Source of the DNA: an uncultured bacterium
GTDB taxonomy: Bacteria; Planctomycetota; UBA1135; GCA-002686595
DNA length: 64,000 nucleotides
Assembly: GCA_943787795.1 (NCBI GenBank)
Contig: CALSNU010000001.1
Location: forward strand, 832,001 to 896,000
Direction of reading: 5' to 3'
Shown: piece by piece, positions 21,300 to 31,497 of the stretch
Layout: each line of letters begins with the position of its first letter
How positions within the stretch are numbered: position 1 is the stretch's first letter
Program-made: the position numbers and the translations under genes
Notes under the pieces: model-generated
Databases searched by the model: none
Seen by the model: the letters and a program-made list of their open reading frames with translations, nothing else
Told to the model about the DNA's origin: nothing

Positions 21300-21800
21300 A
21301 TGCTGTACCTCGCCTACATCGACGTCCGCCCCTTCCTGTACCTGGGCGGCCTCGCGCTCGTGCTCCTCCTCGGCCTGCTCTTCTCCGCGGTCGTCATGGG
21401 AGGAGCCCGCAGGGGCCGCGTGATGTTCGCGGCGACGGCTGCCTGGACTGTGCTCTTCACAATCTTCCTGACCGAGTTCGGTCCGTTCGTCGGGCAGGAG
21501 GCGGTCGTCGAGCACCGGCTGGCCTGGACCGTGGCGTCCGAGGGCCCCGGGTCGACGGCGGTCGTGGAGCTCTCCTTCACGGACCACCCCGGGCATCACC
21601 TGTGGGAGCCGTCCGCCGACCTCGCCGCGCACCTCGAGGCGCTGGGCGAGGCCACCGTCGTCGGCCGCTTTCGGGTCACGCGGGACTATGGGCGCATGCG
21701 GGGATACGACCTCATCGAGGTGGCAGGGCTACGGGGCTGGGCCTCGAAGGGCGCCGCTGGCGGAACCCGGGGTCAACCGGCCTCCTCCCCCTGGGACTGA
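21300..21800 (+). CDS. Hypothetical membrane protein (2 TM plus soluble domain)
   Basis: ATG 21300 MLYLAYIDVRPF...; the real-looking tail of the 657-aa shadow ORF. Confidence 0.6.
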   Translation: MLYLAYIDVRPFLYLGGLALVLLLGLLFSAVVMGGARRGRVMFAATAAWTVLFTIFLTEFGPFVGQEAVVEHRLAWTVASEGPGSTAVVELSFTDHPGHHLWEPSADLAAHLEALGEATVVGRFRVTRDYGRMRGYDLIEVAGLRGWASKGAAGGTRGQPASSPWD

Positions 21801-21810
21801 GCGGGGCGGC

Positions 21811-23235
21811 TCAGCGTGCCTCGGCCCCTGAGGGAGCGCGAAGGGTCGAGCTCCAGGCGGCCAGCTCGCGCTGCAGGTCCGTGACGAGCTCGGGACGCTG
21901 GGCCGCGAGGTCATGCGCCTCGCCGGGGTCCGCTTCGAGGTCGTGGAGGGTGAAGGGCTGATCCCCCTTGCGGTGGATCTTCCAGCGCCCGCGGGTCCAG
22001 GCCTCGGCCCCCTTGTGACGGAATCCCATGCCAGCTCCTCGCTCAGTGGATTCGCCCCGGAGAACGGGGCCGAGGTCCACCCCGTCAAGCACAGCTTCGG
22101 GGAGGGGGAGTCCGGCGGCTGAGAGCACCGTTGGCAGGGTGTCGACGGTCCCCGCGGGGACGTCGGTCACCGCGGGAGCGAGGTGGCCTGGCCACTCGAT
22201 GATCCCGGGGACCCGGACGCCGCCCTCCTTGAGGCTGCGCTTGCGGCCGGTCAACGGGCCGGTGATCCCGAGCCCGCTCTCCGGGCTCCCCTCGGGGCCG
22301 TTGTCGCTCGTGAACCAGACCATGGTGTCGTCCGCGACGCCGAGCTCGCGCAGCCGCCCGCGGAGGCGGCCGACGCTGTCGTCCACCGCTTCGAGGCAGG
22401 CGAGGAAGTGCTGCTCCTGGAGCGGGCGGTCCGCGAAGCGCCGCGCGCGGGCGGGGTCGGCCACCACGGGGAGGTGGGGGGCGTGGAGCCAGACCACCGC
22501 GAGGAACGGCCGATCCTCGGCGACGGCCGCGTCGATGAAGGTCAGGGCGCGGTCCATGATCAGGGCCGAGTCGTCCCCCTCCAGCCCCTCGGTCACCCGC
22601 TCGCCGGGGCCGGTCCAATACGCCGTGCCGTAGGGGCCGCCGGGGACAAGGCCCCGTGCCACCCCGCCGTGCTCGCGGGCCGGGGTCACCATGGGATCGA
22701 AGGTCGGGACCTTCGCCTCGGTGGAGAAGCACACGTCGAAGCCGTGCTCCCACGGTGGCGAGTAGTGCTCCGTGGCGCCGGGCCGGCCGCGGTTGGAGTC
22801 CTTGACCTCGGTCGTCAGCGTGCCGAGGTGCCACTTGCCGAAGTGGCCGGTCCGGTAGCCGGCGGCGTGGAGCTCCTCGGCGAGGGTGTGCTCTGTGGCG
22901 GGCAGGTGCCCGGAGTTTGCGCCGCCGATCCCCATGCGCGCCGGGTGTCGGCCCGTGAGGACGCTGGCCCGGGTCGGGGAGCACACGGGCGAGGCGGCGT
23001 AGAAGCGGTCCAGGCGGACGCCGCTCCGCGCCATCTCGTCCAGGTGTGGTGTCTCGAGCCGCGGGTGCCCCCGGAGCCCGAGGTCACCCCAGCCCTGGTC
23101 GTCGGTCATCAGGAGGATGACGTTGGGTGTGGGGGGCGCGTCGGTGGAGCCGGCCGTGGCCGCAGCGGTCGCCGCGCAGGAGCCGAGCCACAGGGAAGCC
23201 GCGGAGAGGAGCGCGCAGGACGGGGCGGAGGTCAT
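21811..23235 (-). CDS. Sulfatase (formylglycine type, exported)
   Basis: PNVILLMTDDQG, CSPTRASVLTGR, FGKWHLG, FTSDNG, EGGVRVP. Confidence 0.93.
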   Translation of the reverse strand: MTSAPSCALLSAASLWLGSCAATAAATAGSTDAPPTPNVILLMTDDQGWGDLGLRGHPRLETPHLDEMARSGVRLDRFYAASPVCSPTRASVLTGRHPARMGIGGANSGHLPATEHTLAEELHAAGYRTGHFGKWHLGTLTTEVKDSNRGRPGATEHYSPPWEHGFDVCFSTEAKVPTFDPMVTPAREHGGVARGLVPGGPYGTAYWTGPGERVTEGLEGDDSALIMDRALTFIDAAVAEDRPFLAVVWLHAPHLPVVADPARARRFADRPLQEQHFLACLEAVDDSVGRLRGRLRELGVADDTMVWFTSDNGPEGSPESGLGITGPLTGRKRSLKEGGVRVPGIIEWPGHLAPAVTDVPAGTVDTLPTVLSAAGLPLPEAVLDGVDLGPVLRGESTERGAGMGFRHKGAEAWTRGRWKIHRKGDQPFTLHDLEADPGEAHDLAAQRPELVTDLQRELAAWSSTLRAPSGAEAR

Positions 23236-23333
23236 GGGACGAGGATAGTCCGCGACGCGCAGCAGCGTCGAACGAAGGCGGGGCCCGGCCCCCTGGGGAC
23301 CGGGCCCCGTATGGGCTCACGACGTGGCGAGGC

Positions 23334-25593
23334 CTAGCGGCGGTCGCCGAACATCTTGGCGCGGGCCTCCTTCAGCTTGGCCTCCGCCTCGTCCGCGGTC
23401 ATCTCGCCCTTGTCGATGGCGGCCTTGAGGCGCTTCTCGTACTCCGCGTACCGCGCGCGCAGGGCAGCCTGGTCCGCCTTGGCCTCGCCGCCCCCGGGCT
23501 TGTCGGTCACGGCGCCCTTCTTGGTGCCTTGGGACATGCGCTCCTTGGCCTGGCGGAGCCGCTCCATTCCTTGCTCCTCCGTGATCTGGCCGGACGCGAC
23601 CGCGGCCTTGATGCGCCGCTCGAGCTCCCCATAGCGGTCGGCCATGGCCTTCTTGTCGGTCACGGCGCTTCTTCTTGGCGCCTTGGGACATGCGCTCCTT
23701 GGCCTGTTGGAGCCGCTCCATTCCCTGCTCCTCCGTGATCCGGCCGGACTCGACCGCGGCCTTGATCCGCCGCTCGAGCTCCTCGTAGCGGGCGGCCATG
23801 GCCTTCTCATCGGCCTCTCCGCCGCGCTGGGCCTCCTCGGCGCCGCCGAACATCTTCTCGCGGGCCTCCGTGAGCTTGGCGTTGGCCTCGTCCTTGGTCA
23901 TGGCGCCCTTCTTGACGCGCTGCATGAGGCCCCGCTCGTACTCGGCATAGCGCTCGCGCTTCGCCCGCTGGTCCGCGTCGACCTTGCCCTTGGGGGCGCC
24001 GCCGAACATCTTCTCGCGGGCCTCCGTGAGCTTGGCGTTGGCCTCGTCCTTGGTCATGGCGCCCTTCTTGACGCGCTCCATGAGTCCCCGCTCGTACTCG
24101 GCATAGCGCTCGCGCTTCGCCCGCTGGTCCGCGTCGACCTTGCCCTTGGGGGCGCCGCCGAACATCTTCTCGCGGGCCTCCGCGAGCTTGGCGTTGGCCT
24201 CGTCCTTGGTCATGGCGCCCTTCCTGACGCGCTCCATGAGGCCCCGCTCGTACTCGGCATAGCGCTCGCGCTTCGCCCGCTGTTCAGCCTCGACCTTGCC
24301 CTTGGGGGTGTCGCCGAACATGGACCTGCGCGCCTCGGCGAGGCGAGCGGCGCCCTGCTCCCGGGTGATCTTGCCGCTCTTGATCCCGGCCTCGACGCGC
24401 TGCTCCATGGTCGCGTAGCGCTCGCGCAGGGCGCGCTGGTCGACGCTCGCGTCGGCCGGCCGGTCGGTGGACGCGCGGCGGAGCGCCTCCATCATGGTGC
24501 GGGCCTGGGCCGGGGTCAGCTCGCCGGCCTCCACGGCGCTCGCGAGCCGCCGTTGGACGGCCTCGAAGTCCTGGGCGTACGCCACGCTCATGGGCAGGAA
24601 GAGGGCGCCGAGCGCGAGGCAAGCAGAGAGGAACCAGCGAGGCGTCCGCGGGAGTCGGTTGGAGAGAATCATGGTCAATCGAGCTTCGAGCTCCTCGCCG
24701 CTTGTGAGGGTGCTGGCCACGAGAGGGGGGCGAACACCCTCGGGGGACAGGAACTCCGCCACGGCCAAGAGCGAGCTGGCGTAGCGGCGTTGATCGGGGT
24801 GGAATCTGGAGAGGACCACGGCGTCGCAGGCGAGCTCCTCGTTGGCGCGCAGGTGGTGGCGGGCCCACCAGGTGACGGGGTTCCACCAAAAGGCGACCCC
24901 CGACAGCCACTCGACCCAGCGGACCCAGTGGTCACGGCGCTGGATGTGGGCCAGCTCATGGGCGAGGACGAGGCGCAGGTCCGCGGAGGAGAGGCTCTTC
25001 ACCAGGGCCGAAGGCACGACGATCCGCGGCGGCCCGGCGAAGCACCAGACGTAGGGGCTGATGCGCGCGGTGGTGGTCCACACGGCGGGGGATCGGCGGA
25101 GCCCGAGGCTGCGGCTGACGCGGTCGCTGAGGCCCTGGACCTCGGGGGGCGCGGCGGTGGTCGCGCGGCCCATGGCGACGTGAAACTGGCCGACGCGGAT
25201 CAGGGAGACCGTCAGGGCCAGGGCCGAGCCCAGCAGCCAGACCCAGCCGGCGACGCGGCGCTCGGGGAAGGCCTCGGCCCGGGCCGGAGTGGTGGCAAGC
25301 TCCGCTTCGAGGAGGTCCAGCGCCGCGACGTCGCCTCCGGAGATCGGGGATGCCCCGAGGGAGGTCAGCTGCTCCTCGACCAGGGCCAGCTCGGCGGTCG
25401 CGGCGGGACTCTCGAAGGGGATGAGCGGGACGGTCATCACCGGTGGGGTGACGAGCTTGAGCAGGACCCCGAGCCACAGCGCGTGGGCCAGGAGGGGATG
25501 ACGGCCGCGGCGGTGCACGGCGTACGCGACGAGGGCCAGGGCGGCCGAGACGCAGACGTTGCTCAGGGTGAGCTCCAACCAGAAGGCGCTCAT
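23334..25593 (-). CDS. BlaR1/M56-family zinc metallopeptidase with repeat-built C-terminal domain, +1 frameshift near 23670
   Basis: LWLGVLLKLVTPP, LAHELAHIQRRD, FWWNP, EELACD. The C-terminus continues in ORF 23334..23810. Confidence 0.88.
23842..24309 (-). repeat. Three tandem 156-bp (52-aa) coding repeats
   Basis: KGKVDADQRAKRERYAEYERGLMERVKKGAMTKDEANAKLTEAREKMFGGAP x3, near-identical at DNA level. Confidence 0.9.
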
Positions 25594-25594
25594 G

Positions 25595-25978
25595 TCACGC
25601 CTTCCCCCGGCCGGCGCCGTCGAGCAGGGTCCGGAGGCGATCGAGCTCCTTGCGGCTGATCTTCTTGGAGCGGAGGAGGTGGGTGAGGAACGGCGCGAAC
25701 GACCCCCCCGTGAGGCGCTCGGCGAGGCCCACGAGCTGCTCGCCCGCGAAGTCCTCCCGGGTCACGGCGGCCTTGAACACGTGCACATGAAGGCTTCGAT
25801 CCCGGGCCACACAGCCCTTCTCCTCGAGGCTCTGGAGGAAGCGCTGGACGGTCCCGTGCTGCGCCCGCTCGGCGTCAGGGTAGAGGTGCTCGCGGATCTG
25901 CCGGGCCGTCAGTTCCGGTTGCTCCCAGAGGAGTTCGAGGACGGAGAGCTCTGCGTTGGTCAGCTGGCTGGCGTTCAT
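25595..25978 (-). CDS. BlaI/MecI/CopY-family repressor
   Basis: LTNAELSVLELLWE...TVQRFLQSLEEKG...GGSFAPFLTHL...ISRKELDRLR; directly upstream of the M56 gene. Confidence 0.9.
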   Translation of the reverse strand: MNASQLTNAELSVLELLWEQPELTARQIREHLYPDAERAQHGTVQRFLQSLEEKGCVARDRSLHVHVFKAAVTREDFAGEQLVGLAERLTGGSFAPFLTHLLRSKKISRKELDRLRTLLDGAGRGKA

Positions 25979-26012
25979 GACTCCGCCGGTTGTAGCGATT
26001 CCCGAGGGGGCG

Positions 26013-26054
26013 CCTACGGTGAATCGTCGTAGATCTACGGCGATTTACCGTAGG
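26013..26054. promoter_or_regulatory. 42-bp near-perfect palindrome, candidate BlaI operator
   Basis: CCTACGGTGAATCGTCGT-AGATCT-ACGGCGATTTACCGTAGG; two CTACG-N9-CGTAG boxes just upstream of blaI. Confidence 0.7.
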
Positions 26055-26190
26055 TGCACCGCGAGGCGCCGCCAGGGATCCACCCGTGGTGCTTGAGCGG
26101 CGGATGTGGGGGAGGGCGTCGGGGCCGCCGCCCCCAGGTTTTTGGCGCTCGGCGCCCATCCGGGGAGGGCCCATCGCTTCTAGTTGGACC

Positions 26191-27417
26191 ATGCTGCTCC
26201 CCCTGCTATCGACCGTGCTCCTCCTCACCGCTCAGGACCCCTTGGCGCCCGGTGGCCCCGCCGCCGCGAGCCGGTTGACGCTGGTGGAGTCGTCACCCGT
26301 GGAGACCACCCTGGACGCCCCGGACCTGCCCCAGACGGCGGACGTCTGGAGGGGCATGATCGACGGGGCGAAGCGGGAGCTGCTGCTCTCTCACTTCTAT
26401 GCGTCCACCGCGCCCGCGAGCCCGCTGAACGACGTGATCGAGGCCATCGAGGCGGCGGCAAGCCGCGGAGTGCGGGTCCGGTTCCTGCTCGCCGAGCGCT
26501 TCCGAAAGACCTACCCCGAGCTCGCGGAGCGCTTCGGGCGCGTGGAGGGTATCGACGTCCGCTTCATCGACTTCGGGGAGGTCGCCGGCGGCGTGATGCA
26601 CGCCAAGTACATGGTCGTGGACGGGGCGCAGTCCTTCCTCGGCAGCCCGAACTTCGACTTCCGGGCCATGGATCAGATCCAGGAGCTCGGGGCGCACCTG
26701 GTGGACCGGTCCATCGCCGCGGGACTGTCGCGGGTCTTCGAGATGGACTGGGCCCTCGCCGGCGGCGAGCCGGTGCCCGCTGGTGGGGAAGCTCTGGCTC
26801 CCGTGTCGCTCCAGCTCGCGGCGGAGCAGGCGGGGCCCGACGGCGCCGCGGCGGTCAGGGCGACGTTGGCCTGTAGCCCTCAGGGGCATCTTCCAGGCGG
26901 CATCGCGTGGGACCTGCCCCTGCTGCTCGAGCTGATCGACAGCGCCAAGGCGCGGCTCCGCGTTCAGGTCCTCACCTACGACGCGACGGGCTACGGCGGC
27001 GGCTACTACGACCGCCTCGAGAGCGCCCTGCGCCGGGCCGCGGCGCGCGGGGTCCGGGTGGAGCTGCTGGTGGCGGACTGGTGCAAGCGCAAGGGGTGCG
27101 TGGACGGCCTGCAGAGCCTCGCGAGCCTCGACGGCATCGACGTGCGCTTCGCGGTGATCCCCGACGCCAGCACGGGCTTCGTGGAGTTCTCCCGGGTGGC
27201 CCACGCCAAGCTCTGCGTGGCCGACGAGCGCGCAGCGTGGATCGGGTCCAGCAACTGGGAGGGGTCGTACTTCATGACCTCGCGCAACGTGAGCCTCTTC
27301 CTCGAGGGCGCCGGGGTCGGGGCCCGGCTCGCGCGCTGGTTCGACGTCACCTTCCAGGGGGAGTACGCCGAGCCGGTGGTGCCGGGCAAGTCCTACGAGC
27401 CGCGTCGCCGGCAGTAG
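26191..27417 (+). CDS. Secreted phospholipase D-family protein (two HKD motifs)
   Basis: MHAKYMVVD...GSPN and AHAKLCVAD...GSSN; signal-like N-terminus. Confidence 0.88.
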   Translation: MLLPLLSTVLLLTAQDPLAPGGPAAASRLTLVESSPVETTLDAPDLPQTADVWRGMIDGAKRELLLSHFYASTAPASPLNDVIEAIEAAASRGVRVRFLLAERFRKTYPELAERFGRVEGIDVRFIDFGEVAGGVMHAKYMVVDGAQSFLGSPNFDFRAMDQIQELGAHLVDRSIAAGLSRVFEMDWALAGGEPVPAGGEALAPVSLQLAAEQAGPDGAAAVRATLACSPQGHLPGGIAWDLPLLLELIDSAKARLRVQVLTYDATGYGGGYYDRLESALRRAAARGVRVELLVADWCKRKGCVDGLQSLASLDGIDVRFAVIPDASTGFVEFSRVAHAKLCVADERAAWIGSSNWEGSYFMTSRNVSLFLEGAGVGARLARWFDVTFQGEYAEPVVPGKSYEPRRRQ

Positions 27418-27457
27418 CGCCGCGCGGGGGCGCGTCGCGGGCGCACGTCACGCCCGG

Positions 27458-28624
27458 TCAGAACGGCTGGCCGAAGCTCAGGTAGAGGGCCGAGTTGTCG
27501 TCCTCGCCGACCGCGTAGTCGAGGCGCAGGACGATGCCCGCCTCTGGCTTGAGGTCGTAGATGATCCCGGCGCCGCCCATGAAGAAGAGGGCGTCGGAGC
27601 TGTCGAGGTCCGAGAGGGTCGAGTACAGGCTGCCCACCCCGCCGAAGAGGGCCGCGCCCCAGGGCTCATTGAGGGCGAAGCGCGCGTCGAGCTGGACCTG
27701 GGTCGAGTGCTCACCCAGGTAGTTGCCCCGGGTGTAGCCGCGCATGTCGATGGAGGAGAAGCCTGACTGGGGGGCGTCCTTGGTCCAGCGGCCGCTGATG
27801 TCCGCCGCGAGGACGTTGCCGTCGCCGAAGGGGAAGTACTTCGCGAGCGAGAGGTGCAACGAGTCGAAGGACTCCTCGCCGCCCAGGTCCTCGCGGTAGG
27901 CCACGTTGTGCACCGTGAAGTGCTGTCCGAGGGTGGGGTTGCGGACGTTGTCCCGGTCGTCGAACTCGGCCACGAGGCCGAGGCCGTTGGAGCGCAGGCC
28001 CGTCAGACCGATCTGGTCCAGGGCCCCCGCCAGGAGCCCCTCGGCGCCGATGACGTAGTCGGTGGAGATGCCCTGGACTCCGCCGTACCAGCCGCCATCC
28101 AGGCGGTAGAGGTAGCGCGCACCCACCGCGCCGATGTTGTCCTGGGTCTCCGCAGGCAGCCCGCTGCCAAGGAAGTCGTCGTACTCATTACGGACCTCGC
28201 CGCTCATGAGGCCGAAGATCAGCTTGTGCTGGTTGGCGTTGAAGTAGGTGTCCGCCGCGAATCCCGCGTAGTGGGAGTCGGTGTTGCTGTAGCCCCCGAA
28301 GAAGGTCAGCAGGGACGGGTTCGAGTCCGGGTCGAACTTCCGGATGTAGCCGGCGACGCCACCGAGCGTGGAGCCGAGCTTGGGGTCGATGCTCATGGTC
28401 GGGGTCACGAGCCAAGGGGACTCCGTCGACCCGGAGTCCCCGGCTGTGGCGTCGGCTGTGGCGTCGGCTGTGGCGTCCGCGATACTCGCGTCTTCGACGA
28501 CCACTTCCGGGGCGGGAGCTGTTGCGTCCTGGGGGCCAGCGGTCGCGAGCGACGGGAGGAGGACGCAGAGCGTCAGCGAGAGGCCTCGGGAGATCCGAGG
28601 GAGTGCGAGTCGTGTGGGGAGCAC
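27458..28624 (-). CDS. Omp85/BamA-TamA-like outer-membrane beta-barrel without POTRA domains
   Basis: DDRDNVRNPT, MRGY..G.Y loop-6 motif, LRLDYAVG...LYLSFGQPF C-terminus. Confidence 0.75.
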   Translation of the reverse strand: MLPTRLALPRISRGLSLTLCVLLPSLATAGPQDATAPAPEVVVEDASIADATADATADATAGDSGSTESPWLVTPTMSIDPKLGSTLGGVAGYIRKFDPDSNPSLLTFFGGYSNTDSHYAGFAADTYFNANQHKLIFGLMSGEVRNEYDDFLGSGLPAETQDNIGAVGARYLYRLDGGWYGGVQGISTDYVIGAEGLLAGALDQIGLTGLRSNGLGLVAEFDDRDNVRNPTLGQHFTVHNVAYREDLGGEESFDSLHLSLAKYFPFGDGNVLAADISGRWTKDAPQSGFSSIDMRGYTRGNYLGEHSTQVQLDARFALNEPWGAALFGGVGSLYSTLSDLDSSDALFFMGGAGIIYDLKPEAGIVLRLDYAVGEDDNSALYLSFGQPF

Positions 28625-28843
28625 GGGAACAGCCGAGTGCGGGGGGCCGTGGCGCGGCGAGAGCCTGCGCCATGGAGTGAGAGGGCGCGAAGGATATCGA
28701 ATGGCCTGTGGCCCGGCGCCTCTATCCTGCGCCCCGGGCCTGCGCCCCGGGTCGGCATCACGGGCCTGCGCAACGGGCATGCACCACGGGCATGCACCAC
28801 GGGGAGGTCGTGGGGTATCAACGGGCCGGACCCTTGCCGGCCT

Positions 28844-29488
28844 TCACCGCCCGGGGACCCAGGACCACGGGGCCCCATCGGCCTCCGTGACCTGCCACTC
28901 TCCAACCGCCGTCAGCTCCACGAGCACGTCCTTGCGCATGAAGACGAAGAACATGCACGCGTTCTCGAGGGTGAGCGTCTCCCCGGACCGGCGGGCGGCG
29001 ACCGTGAGCATGCCCTCAGAGGGAGGGTCGAACCGCCACACGAAGCGCTCCCCAGGGCCGAGCTCCTCGGTCTCGTAGCGCGCGCTTCCGCAGGCCACGA
29101 GCGTGACGTCCTGGATGGGGACGTCCCCGAGGTTGACCACCTCCACGCGCTGGATCGCGGCGACGCCCAGTCCGAGGAGGTAGATCGCGGCGAGGGGGAA
29201 GTTCGCGAAGAGGAGCAGCGCGCGCCTGACGAGCGGGGGGGTGGGGGCTCCCCGTCGCCGCGCGACCGCGAGGGCGCCGAGCCCGATGACGACGAGGACC
29301 GGCCCGCCACCGAGGGCCGCGATCCCGAGCATGATGAAGAGATCGCCCTCGCTGCCGATGCCGCCGGTGGAGATCAGCCACCCGAAGAAGCCGAGGGAGC
29401 CCAGGGCCATGGGGGCGAGTCCGCAGGCCGTGGCCAGCCTCAGGGCTGGGCGGGGCTCGAGCGAGCTCGTGGGGGGCGCGCCCATCAT
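28844..29488 (-). CDS. Hypothetical membrane protein
   Basis: Three hydrophobic segments followed by a small beta-rich domain. Confidence 0.55.
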   Translation of the reverse strand: MMGAPPTSSLEPRPALRLATACGLAPMALGSLGFFGWLISTGGIGSEGDLFIMLGIAALGGGPVLVVIGLGALAVARRRGAPTPPLVRRALLLFANFPLAAIYLLGLGVAAIQRVEVVNLGDVPIQDVTLVACGSARYETEELGPGERFVWRFDPPSEGMLTVAARRSGETLTLENACMFFVFMRKDVLVELTAVGEWQVTEADGAPWSWVPGR

Positions 29489-29492
29489 GGCC

Positions 29493-29819
29493 TCAGAGCG
29501 TGAGGACCTTCTCCGCCCGCTCGATCTCGCCCAGGATCTCGTCCATGGAGCCCACCTTGCCGACGGCCGGGGTGACCTCGTAGTGCTGCAAGCAGGTCCC
29601 GCAGGGGACGAGGTCCACGCCGTTCTCCTCGAGGAGCATGAGCTCGGCGCGCACGGGCGAATCGGGCCCCACCAGCTTCACCCCGGCGTTGTAGAAGAGC
29701 AGCGCCTCCAGCTCCTGCAGGACGCCGGTCTTCTGGAGGAAGGTCTTGAGGATGCGGGCGCCGAGGTCGGCGTCGCCCTCGCCCATCTGGTCCCTGGAGA
29801 GGACGATCACGGTCTTCAT
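29493..29819 (-). CDS. DsrE/F-like protein (YedF C-terminal type)
   Basis: MGEGDADLGARILKTFL, FYNAGVKL, CGTCLQHY, VGKVGSM. Confidence 0.8.
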   Translation of the reverse strand: MKTVIVLSRDQMGEGDADLGARILKTFLQKTGVLQELEALLFYNAGVKLVGPDSPVRAELMLLEENGVDLVPCGTCLQHYEVTPAVGKVGSMDEILGEIERAEKVLTL

Positions 29820-29926
29820 GGTGGAGATGATACGGCTTCGAGCAGGCCTGCCGGAGCTTAGCGGGTCAGGGGGTGGCCTCGGGTGCTTGGAGAGATTCGC
29901 GGGGAAGTGCCGTATGCTCACCTGGC

Positions 29927-30919
29927 ATGAAGGAGATCAGCGCTGAGACCCGCGGCGGCGGCATGATCTTCGCCGTCCTCCTCGACGGCGAGGGTGGTGC
30001 GAGGGAGCTGGACTGGGAGGGCGTCCGGGCCTGGACGCCGGAGCAGGGGTTCCTCTGGACCCACCTGGATTACCGCGCACCAGGCGTTCGGGAGTGGCTG
30101 GCCGATGGTCCCGGGCTCGACGAGGTCCTGATCGAAGCCCTCTGCGCCCAGGCGACGCGCCCGCGCTCGTCCAGTCGGGGAGAGGGGCTATTGGTCAACC
30201 TCCGCGCGATCAACCCCGCCAGCAAGGGCGACCCCGATGAGTTGGTGGCCTTCCGCCTGTGGTCGGACCATCGTTGCGCTGTGTCTCTTCGTCACCGTCA
30301 GCTCCAGGTCCCCAGCGAGGTCCGCGAGGCGCTCGCGAGCGGCGTCGGGCCATCAGGAGCCGGCGAGCTGCTGGTCGAACTCTGCGCCCGTATCTTCGAT
30401 CCGCTCTCCGACCTGGTGGTCAACATCGATGACGATGCGGACGCCATCGAGGATCAGGTCCTGTGCGGAGAGGGCCGCGAGCTCCGGTCGAAGATCAGCG
30501 ACGTGCGGCGTCGGGCCATCGGGCTGCGCCGATTCCTCGCTCCCCAGCGGGACGCCATGGGACACCTCGACGTGCTCCCCGTGGAATGGCTCGCGGACCG
30601 AGAGCGGCTCATGCTGCGGGAGCTCAGCGACCGGCTGCTGCGCTTCGTCGAGGACCTCGATGCCGTCCGCGATCGGGCGGCGGTCACCCAGGAGGAGCTG
30701 AGCGCGCGCCTCGCGGAGTCCATGAACCGGACGATGTACGTGCTCTCCATCGTCACGGCCATCTTCCTACCCCTCGGCCTCCTGACGGGGCTGCTCGGCG
30801 TCAACGTGGGGGGGATGCCCGGCGAGGAGAGCGAGCAGGCCTTCGCCTACGTCTGCGTCCTCATGGGCGTGATGGCGCTCGGGCTCTGGGCGCTCTTCCG
30901 GAGCAAGCGCCTCGTGTGA
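29927..30919 (+). CDS. zntB: ZntB/CorA-family divalent metal transporter
   Basis: LLDGEGGAR, WTHLDY, TRPR, MNRTMYVLSIVTAIFLPLGLLTGLLGVNVGGMPG (GVN motif). Confidence 0.88.
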   Translation: MKEISAETRGGGMIFAVLLDGEGGARELDWEGVRAWTPEQGFLWTHLDYRAPGVREWLADGPGLDEVLIEALCAQATRPRSSSRGEGLLVNLRAINPASKGDPDELVAFRLWSDHRCAVSLRHRQLQVPSEVREALASGVGPSGAGELLVELCARIFDPLSDLVVNIDDDADAIEDQVLCGEGRELRSKISDVRRRAIGLRRFLAPQRDAMGHLDVLPVEWLADRERLMLRELSDRLLRFVEDLDAVRDRAAVTQEELSARLAESMNRTMYVLSIVTAIFLPLGLLTGLLGVNVGGMPGEESEQAFAYVCVLMGVMALGLWALFRSKRLV

Positions 30920-31010
30920 ACGGCGAGCGGTGTGGGCCGGGCGCCTCTCCCGCCGCGGAGCCATCGGCTCGGCGGCGACGCCAGGGGGCAGCGTCTCCAG
31001 ACCCCGTGCG

Positions 31011-31286
31011 CTAGCGGCTGCGTTCGTCGACGAGCTGGAAGAAGGCGCCGATGACCAGTGACGCCATGAGCACGACGAATCCGCTCCCGAGCTGCTCGCC
31101 GCCGTTCTCGGCGAAGGGTGAGGTGAGCATGACGAGGGCGCCAAAGAAGAGCGGGAGCTTCACCAGCTGCCGCCCGACCCCTGCGAAGGTCCACTCGCCA
31201 AGGGGCTTCATGGTCGGGCCAGGGCGGCGGGCGGGCTCCGTGAAGCTCTCGGGCATGGGGGCGGGCTTGGGCTTGTCCTTGCTCAT
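31011..31286 (-). CDS. Small hypothetical 2-TM protein
   Basis: MSKDKPK...; two hydrophobic helices. Confidence 0.5.
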   Translation of the reverse strand: MSKDKPKPAPMPESFTEPARRPGPTMKPLGEWTFAGVGRQLVKLPLFFGALVMLTSPFAENGGEQLGSGFVVLMASLVIGAFFQLVDERSR

Positions 31287-31497
31287 GAATCGGGGGCGGC
31301 TCTGGCCTGCGAGGGGGTTCATCCCGGAGGCGGAGACGTCATCTGGAGCCTAACACCGGGTGCCGCGGCCCGTGGTCAGAACCGGATCTGGAGGCCCGCG
31401 CCGGGGTCGAGCGGCTCATCTGGGCGTTGCCACAGCCCGCGTGTCCCGCCCTCCTGTGGCCTCAGAGCAACGTGTGACCTCAGAGCAAGGTGTGACC

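Noticed and set aside
23842..24309. Regularly spaced repeats as a CRISPR array
   Set aside because: Whole 156-bp units repeat in frame inside a CDS; there are no unique spacers and no cas genes.
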